A DNA stretch of 20,000 nucleotides from an uncultured virus (IMG/VR IMGVR_UViG_3300031998_000049) (Duplodnaviria; Heunggongvirae; Uroviricota; Caudoviricetes). The notes under the pieces are model-generated. The model was not told where the DNA came from. It did not search any database and saw only the letters and a program-made list of their open reading frames with translations. The position numbers and the translations under genes are program-made. This document shows, piece by piece, positions 15,245 through 20,000 of the stretch. Location of the stretch: IMG/VR virus record IMGVR_UViG_3300031998_000049, one strand, 5' to 3'. The number at the start of each line of letters is the position of its first letter. Within the stretch, counting starts at the first letter, position 1.

Positions 15245-15493
15245 CTACATATAGCGGCCGCGGGAGTCACGACGCCGGCGCATGCCGTACATGTCGTCCA
15301 TTTCATCCCAGTCGTCACGCCGGCCATAGTCGCCGCGCATTCCGTAGCCGCCACGGCGCATGCCGTACTGCTCCTTCATATCCTCGGCGAGTTCGCGCAT
15401 ACACTCGAGTCCTTCTTCGACCATTCTTGCGGCCTCTTCGAACTCCATGGCGTCGGACTTGCGTCCCTTGAGGTTGTAAACTGCGTATCCCAT
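15245..15493 (-). CDS. Low-complexity Arg/Gly/Tyr-rich protein
   Basis: YGMRR-type motif repeated, ending RRRRDSRGRYM. Confidence 0.75.
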   Translation of the reverse strand: MGYAVYNLKGRKSDAMEFEEAARMVEEGLECMRELAEDMKEQYGMRRGGYGMRGDYGRRDDWDEMDDMYGMRRRRDSRGRYM

Positions 15494-15496
15494 TTT

Positions 15497-16012
15497 TTAT
15501 TCCTCCTTCTTTTTGCCAAGCGACTTAGACAGGAGCCCAGTCATTGCCGCGATCTGTTCGCTCATTCCGGCGATCTGCTCCTCGAGTCTCGCGATCTTAC
15601 CGGCCTGCTCTTGTTCGTGCTTCAACTGAGGGTTGAGGTCAAGAAGAAGCTGGTCGCAGGACGATATGATTCTTCGATGCAGGTCGACCTGGTCTATTGC
15701 CGTCTGGCTTGCATTGCGAATGACATTGATTTCGTTCACGATGCCGTCACGGGTCTCGCTGAGGATCACGCCCTTATCGGGGAATTCCGCTATCGACGAG
15801 TTGATCGGTATTCTCGGATATGTCTCCGTTTTCCCGTCCACCTCGATCGAAAGGTCTACCATCATACCCATAGTGTTCGGGTTGATTGGCTGCTGAAAAC
15901 TAAACTGCGGCGGATACTGGTTGCTGACTTGTGCAACTTTGCCTACAGCAAATCGCGGTTCGTTCTTGTAAAGAACATAAACTGGGGTTCCTTGCCTAAG
16001 TCCACTTAACAT
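15497..16012 (-). CDS. Conserved hypothetical protein (beta-rich N-domain plus C-terminal coiled coil)
   Basis: LRQGTPVYVL...LNPQLKHEQEQAGKIARLEEQI. Confidence 0.75.
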   Translation of the reverse strand: MLSGLRQGTPVYVLYKNEPRFAVGKVAQVSNQYPPQFSFQQPINPNTMGMMVDLSIEVDGKTETYPRIPINSSIAEFPDKGVILSETRDGIVNEINVIRNASQTAIDQVDLHRRIISSCDQLLLDLNPQLKHEQEQAGKIARLEEQIAGMSEQIAAMTGLLSKSLGKKKEE

Positions 16013-16030
16013 TGGTTAAACTTTTTGAAA

Positions 16031-16366
16031 TTAAACGATAGGTGACACGGTCTGCAGCGTGCCATTGAACCAGTCATAGAAGACCGTAATGACACCCGCT
16101 CCCGTAAGATCGGCGGCGGTCACTGCGACGCCGCCAAACGAAGTCAACGCGCGGGTCTGCCCGTTGAGGGTGAAACGGACGGGCAGCGTGCCTGTCGTGC
16201 CCGCCGGAATCGCCTCGGAAATGCGGATCGTAAGGTATCCGACGCGGGGAATGCCCCTGAAGCCAAGGGCAAAATCCACCGCGTCAGTACCCACGGTCAC
16301 GCCTGTCGTGACGAGGTAGGGGACTCCGCGTGCGTTGGTCGTTGCGATGCAAACACAATCACACAT
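16031..16366 (-). CDS. Small beta-rich hypothetical protein
   Basis: 111 aa, T/V/G-rich, Cys-rich N-terminus. Confidence 0.7.
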   Translation of the reverse strand: MCDCVCIATTNARGVPYLVTTGVTVGTDAVDFALGFRGIPRVGYLTIRISEAIPAGTTGTLPVRFTLNGQTRALTSFGGVAVTAADLTGAGVITVFYDWFNGTLQTVSPIV

Positions 16367-16378
16367 AGTCTCGTCCTC

Positions 16379-17296
16379 CTAGAAAACAAGCCCGTTGTTG
16401 CCGTAACCGTAGCCGTAGGCGCCGTAGATGCCGCCGCTGACATACGGGGTGGTGTTGATGGCCTGCAACTGAGGCCACTGGACGTTCACGGTGGGCAGTT
16501 GCTTGGCCGCGATCTGGTCGACCTTCTGGGCGAGCGGAGTCACGAGGCTGTTGACATAGCCGGTGATAGCCGCCGTCTGGTTGGCGTTGTCGATCTGCCC
16601 GCGGAGCTGGCCAATGATGTCCGCCTGCGTGTTGATCTTGGACTGCATCTCGCGCTTCTCGAGGTCGCAGAACTTGTCGTTGATCATAGTGGTCTGGTTC
16701 GCAATCGCTGCGGTGATGGCCGCGGTGTTGCGGTCTGCCTGGCCGGAGAGGGCCGTGGTCTGCTCGAGCGTGCGGAGCTGCGCCTGGTAGCCCTGCTCGA
16801 CGGTGAGGAGTTTCTGGTCGCAGCAGCACTTCTGGAAGTTGCTGATGATGCTCGCATCGCCGGAAGCGATGGCGTTCATGATCTGCGGCACAGAGACGGC
16901 CTGCTGAAGAGCGAGGGTCTGGAGCGCGTTCTGGACGTTCTGCACGGCGCCGTTGACGAGATTGAAGTCCTGTCCGAGAGCCGTTGCGAGATTGGACACG
17001 GCGGTGCGGGAAGCCTCACCCTGCGCGTTGATGGCGTTCATGATAAGTTCGCGACCGCTGTCGTTGTTGAGTTGGTTGGAAAGGAAACCGGCGCCAGAGT
17101 TGCCACCCCAGCCGCCGAAGCCGCCGAAGCCGTTGTTGCCCCAGCCGAACATTGATGCGATGATCGCCAGACCGAAGAGGTCCGCGATCGAATTGAAGGA
17201 GCCAAAGCCATTGCCAAAGCCCCCCATCGCCGGATAAGCGTATCCAGGGTACTGGTTGCCTTCCGGGAGGATGATTGTCTTGTCAGATTCTGCCAT
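16379..17296 (-). CDS. Gly/Asn/Gln-rich protein with hydrophobic segment, CCC motif and long coiled coil
   Basis: GFG repeats flanking LFGLAIIASMFGWG, QKCCCD, heptad-rich Q/N region and a YG-rich tail. Confidence 0.8.
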   Translation of the reverse strand: MAESDKTIILPEGNQYPGYAYPAMGGFGNGFGSFNSIADLFGLAIIASMFGWGNNGFGGFGGWGGNSGAGFLSNQLNNDSGRELIMNAINAQGEASRTAVSNLATALGQDFNLVNGAVQNVQNALQTLALQQAVSVPQIMNAIASGDASIISNFQKCCCDQKLLTVEQGYQAQLRTLEQTTALSGQADRNTAAITAAIANQTTMINDKFCDLEKREMQSKINTQADIIGQLRGQIDNANQTAAITGYVNSLVTPLAQKVDQIAAKQLPTVNVQWPQLQAINTTPYVSGGIYGAYGYGYGNNGLVF

Positions 17297-17325
17297 TTTC
17301 TGATATTGTTAAACAGTTAAACTTC

Positions 17326-17360
17326 GTCATAAGATGGGCCACATCTTTATGACAAAGTTC
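17326..17360 (-). promoter_or_regulatory. Putative promoter -7 box plus 5' hairpin for the operon
   Basis: Minus-strand GAACTTTG (17353-17360) immediately followed by the hairpin GTCATAAAGATG/CATCTTATGAC. Confidence 0.45.
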
Positions 17361-17405
17361 ACCAGAAAATATGTCGTATGGCAGAAAGTTTCTTATTTGC
17401 GCTAA

Positions 17406-17690
17406 CTATCTTTTATTGCGCCACTTGTCTGGAACAATTCTTATGAATTTGTGAAACGGGTATAAGACTTTCCGCTTCGGCTTGTCTATGAGCTTCCTTG
17501 CTATGTTCGTCCGTATCGTCTGCTCGGGAACGCCGAAAAAGCTCGCGAAGTCGGAAATAGTCCCGGTCACTTTCGCGTTCTCCTCCAGCGAGCGGACAAC
17601 CGAATTCATCTCTTCAAGGTTGCACAGGTCGTTTTCGACCTTATATTTATAGTAGTCGAGTATCTCGATCAGATATTTCTTTACATCCAT
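17406..17690 (-). CDS. HTH-containing putative regulator
   Basis: TISDFASFFGVPEQTIRTNIAR HTH-like segment. Confidence 0.65.
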   Translation of the reverse strand: MDVKKYLIEILDYYKYKVENDLCNLEEMNSVVRSLEENAKVTGTISDFASFFGVPEQTIRTNIARKLIDKPKRKVLYPFHKFIRIVPDKWRNKR

Positions 17691-18085
17691 TATCTTAAGA
17701 ACACTTTATACGCGGAAATGATAAAGAGCGTGGCTATAAGCGCAACTGAAATGTTCGAAATCATTGCTGCGCCCTGATCCATCGACGAAAAAAACCTGTC
17801 GAACAGCACCGGGATCTGAGATATTGCAGGTATCACGCAGGCCAACTGATGCCATCTGCAGAGGCGCAGCAGCCTGGAAAGGATTACGGCGCCGGCCATA
17901 AACGCCGGAGATATGTAGAATAGCGAATCAAGAAGGTCAACCGCCCACTCTGGAACGAACTGATATGCCAGAAGAACCGCGATGTAGCATAGCGAATAAA
18001 GAAACGGGAGCAATTGTGTAAAAATTGTCACCCGTTTCAGCGTGCGAATGTACTCCGCCACGTCATTTAGGCCGCGGCTTCCCAT
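17690..18085 (-). CDS. Multi-pass membrane protein (holin candidate)
   Basis: About four hydrophobic segments. Start uncertain (ATG 18085 or GTG 18061). Confidence 0.6.
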   Translation of the reverse strand: MGSRGLNDVAEYIRTLKRVTIFTQLLPFLYSLCYIAVLLAYQFVPEWAVDLLDSLFYISPAFMAGAVILSRLLRLCRWHQLACVIPAISQIPVLFDRFFSSMDQGAAMISNISVALIATLFIISAYKVFLR

Positions 18086-18242
18086 CGTGCGTCGTCCTGA
18101 TATGAACACCGATATGGGCACGCGAGCTGTGGGTCGTGGATCCTGCCGCGTTTGACGTTGTCTTAACCATCACTGGCGCCTTTGCGAGGAGCTGTCCGGA
18201 CCGGCCGGGCTTCGTCGATACTTTCACTTTTGATCTTGTCAT
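18063..18242 (-). CDS. Small basic protein (59 aa)
   Basis: MTRSKVKVSTKPGRSGQLLAKAPV...KPRPK*, read manually. ATG lies 6 nt after the upstream stop. Confidence 0.45.
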   Translation of the reverse strand: MTRSKVKVSTKPGRSGQLLAKAPVMVKTTSNAAGSTTHSSRAHIGVHIRTTHDGKPRPK

Positions 18243-18248
18243 AGCCTA

Positions 18249-18860
18249 CTATTTTCTGATAAGGTTATACTTTGCGCCTATCTGGCCGTACGGGCCAGCG
18301 ATTGCGCTCTTAAAGTCATAGAATACGCCGTATCCTCCCTCGGCCGAGAACTGCCAGCGGCCTTTCCAATAGTCTATCTCCAGACCTCCGCCGGCGCCGA
18401 AAGTCCCAGGAAGGACAAAGGCGTCTATGGTAGGAGATAGTGCGAAGGTTGGGTACTTGTACTCCGGTACGACCTTCGTGATGTAGAATGTGCGCTGGTA
18501 GACCTCTATCCAGTCGAGGTTCGGTTGGATGCCGGACACTTGCGCCCGATAGGTCGAGTCTTCGTATCGTTTCACCTCCGGGTTCATCGGGATTGCGGTC
18601 GTGTCCGCGTGGCCGGTGCTGTCCTTGACGATGACCGGCACATACACCACCCTGCCCGTATCGCGGTACTCGATGACGGGGACGGGCTTGTCAATGTAGA
18701 TCGGCTTGTCAACGTACTCTGTATCCGGCTTTATGGATGCGAGTGCGTCATCATACCCCGATGAATAGTGTATGTTGCCGCTTATTTGCCACGAAAAGTA
18801 GGCGACGACAATCACACAGACGACAAGCAAAATGTCGTCAAGAATCCTATCGAATTTCAT
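18249..18860 (-). CDS. Membrane-anchored lysis-associated protein (DUF6808-like, spanin candidate)
   Basis: N-terminal TM helix, YEDSTYRAQVSG motif, C-terminal amphipathic beta strands, ATGA overlap with the endolysin. Confidence 0.65.
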   Translation of the reverse strand: MKFDRILDDILLVVCVIVVAYFSWQISGNIHYSSGYDDALASIKPDTEYVDKPIYIDKPVPVIEYRDTGRVVYVPVIVKDSTGHADTTAIPMNPEVKRYEDSTYRAQVSGIQPNLDWIEVYQRTFYITKVVPEYKYPTFALSPTIDAFVLPGTFGAGGGLEIDYWKGRWQFSAEGGYGVFYDFKSAIAGPYGQIGAKYNLIRK

Positions 18861-19297
18861 TTCACGTTCATCGTTTTAACCTCACACCTCTGCTGGCCGG
18901 CGTTGTTGTAAAGTCCGATATGGAGCCAGCGATTACCCTTGCTGTCGGGCTCGATGATGAGCTGGTCGAACTTGATCCTGTTCTTCTTGAGCCACTCCTC
19001 GACAAACTTGACGAACTCGTCGAACTTCCCGTTTGCCGGGGTAAGGTCCGCCGCCCATCCGAGCTTATGGACCGAAGTAGTGGAACCGCCAACGAGTTTG
19101 TTGAGGGCCTCGCAGCGGAAACCGGAGTTGATGTTGATTCCAGACCCCCACGCGGCGCGCAACGGATCGAGGATGGACGAGACGAGCTGGCAGATCCGTT
19201 CCACGATTTCGAAGGTTGGAGTGTTGTCTATACCATTCTTTTTCGCTTTCTCGGATCGCAAGAACTCGTACAGTTCAAAATACTTGTACTTTCCCAT
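18857..19297 (-). CDS. Endolysin, peptidase M15 family
   Basis: INSGFRC, SVHKLGWAAD (SxHxxGxAxD) and WLHI zinc-ligand motifs. Confidence 0.9.
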   Translation of the reverse strand: MGKYKYFELYEFLRSEKAKKNGIDNTPTFEIVERICQLVSSILDPLRAAWGSGININSGFRCEALNKLVGGSTTSVHKLGWAADLTPANGKFDEFVKFVEEWLKKNRIKFDQLIIEPDSKGNRWLHIGLYNNAGQQRCEVKTMNVK

Positions 19298-19301
19298 AAG
19301 G

Positions 19302-19463
19302 CTACTTTTTATTTTTTCTGAGTGTTACAAAAGTCTTGCGGCGATCATGTTTGGCGAACCAAAAGTTGATGATGGCGGAGATTCGCGTGGGGTACTCCTC
19401 CTTGTGGTGGATCAGTTCCCCCATATCACCAATATATGAATAAGTCAATGTGAACCCCTTCAT
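19302..19463 (-). CDS. Hypothetical protein (53 aa)
   Basis: MKGFTLTYSY...KNKK*. Start uncertain. Confidence 0.4.
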   Translation of the reverse strand: MKGFTLTYSYIGDMGELIHHKEEYPTRISAIINFWFAKHDRRKTFVTLRKNKK

Positions 19464-19480
19464 TTCTTTTCGATATATAT

Positions 19481-19507
19481 GGGCGCCCATTGGCGGGCGC
19501 CCTTTTT
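19481..19507 (+). terminator. Hairpin / intrinsic terminator
   Basis: GGGCGCCC-attggc-GGGCGCCC followed by TTTTT on the + strand. Confidence 0.5.
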
Positions 19508-19510
19508 CGA

Positions 19511-19990
19511 CTATTCTTCCGGCGCCACCCAAAGCACGCCTTCGAGGACGTCCTCGACGTAGCCGTGCGTGAGGGCCGGGCAGGTCTTCTCATTCTCCTT
19601 CTGGAGAGCGTGGAAATCCTCGTAGGGCATGGGCACGCAGTCGAGCTTCACCTCCTCCTTCAGCATCTCTTCTTCGAGGGCCTTGTAGCGGTTGAAGGTC
19701 GCCTCGGCCTTCATAAGTCTTTCGCCGATCTCGGCGGGTATTTCCTTGCCCGCGTCGGTGTAAGGCTTGGCCTTCTCACGCAGTTCGGCAAGCTCCTTGT
19801 CGAACGCATGCGGGTCTTCGATGCCCGCCTCCTTGAAGATGGCGGAGAGCTCGTCGCGGATCTGGCCGTGGACGGCGATGAGGGCGCGGCGGAATTTCAG
19901 CACCTTGTAGGCGTGCTTCCCGTCGAGGGTGAGGTTCGTGATGCCGGGCACACCGGCGTTGACGAGGTTGATGATGTCTGCTTTGTTCAT
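19511..19990 (-). CDS. Hypothetical helical late-region protein
   Basis: 159 aa with strongly GC3-biased codons, upstream of the lysis genes. Confidence 0.7.
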   Translation of the reverse strand: MNKADIINLVNAGVPGITNLTLDGKHAYKVLKFRRALIAVHGQIRDELSAIFKEAGIEDPHAFDKELAELREKAKPYTDAGKEIPAEIGERLMKAEATFNRYKALEEEMLKEEVKLDCVPMPYEDFHALQKENEKTCPALTHGYVEDVLEGVLWVAPEE

Positions 19991-20000
19991 GGTTGTTCCT

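Noticed and set aside
1..20000. Stop-codon reassignment (TAG or TGA recoding)
   Set aside because: TAG and TGA end genes cleanly just before the next ATG, and long genes are uninterrupted under code 11.
1..20000. Diversity-generating retroelement
   Set aside because: No reverse transcriptase and no TR/VR pair with adenine-specific mismatches seen.

Overview
A 20-kb segment of a tailed dsDNA phage or prophage. A Bacteroidales host is inferred from the gene families and TAnnTTTG-like promoter boxes. The + strand carries a truncated Stealth-like transferase, then a structured leader, a replication initiator with internal iterons, an AEP-primase/SF4-helicase fusion, and about 35 small early/accessory genes (YopX, SLT transglycosylase, HTH regulators, HExxH peptidase). 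A cluster of three structured non-coding elements, one of them tRNA-shaped, lies at 7.0-7.7 kb. The - strand converges at a terminator near 14.34 kb and carries the end of the late region: an M15 endolysin, a membrane-anchored lysis-associated protein, an HTH gene and a six-gene operon of low-complexity/coiled-coil proteins of unknown function. The most striking signal is between 9.6 and 14.1 kb, where at least nine small genes are each bracketed by a 9-19 bp direct repeat at the gene junction, mostly cassette-specific. This suggests single-gene cassettes gained and lost by microhomology recombination. All family calls are by eye, with no database searches run.
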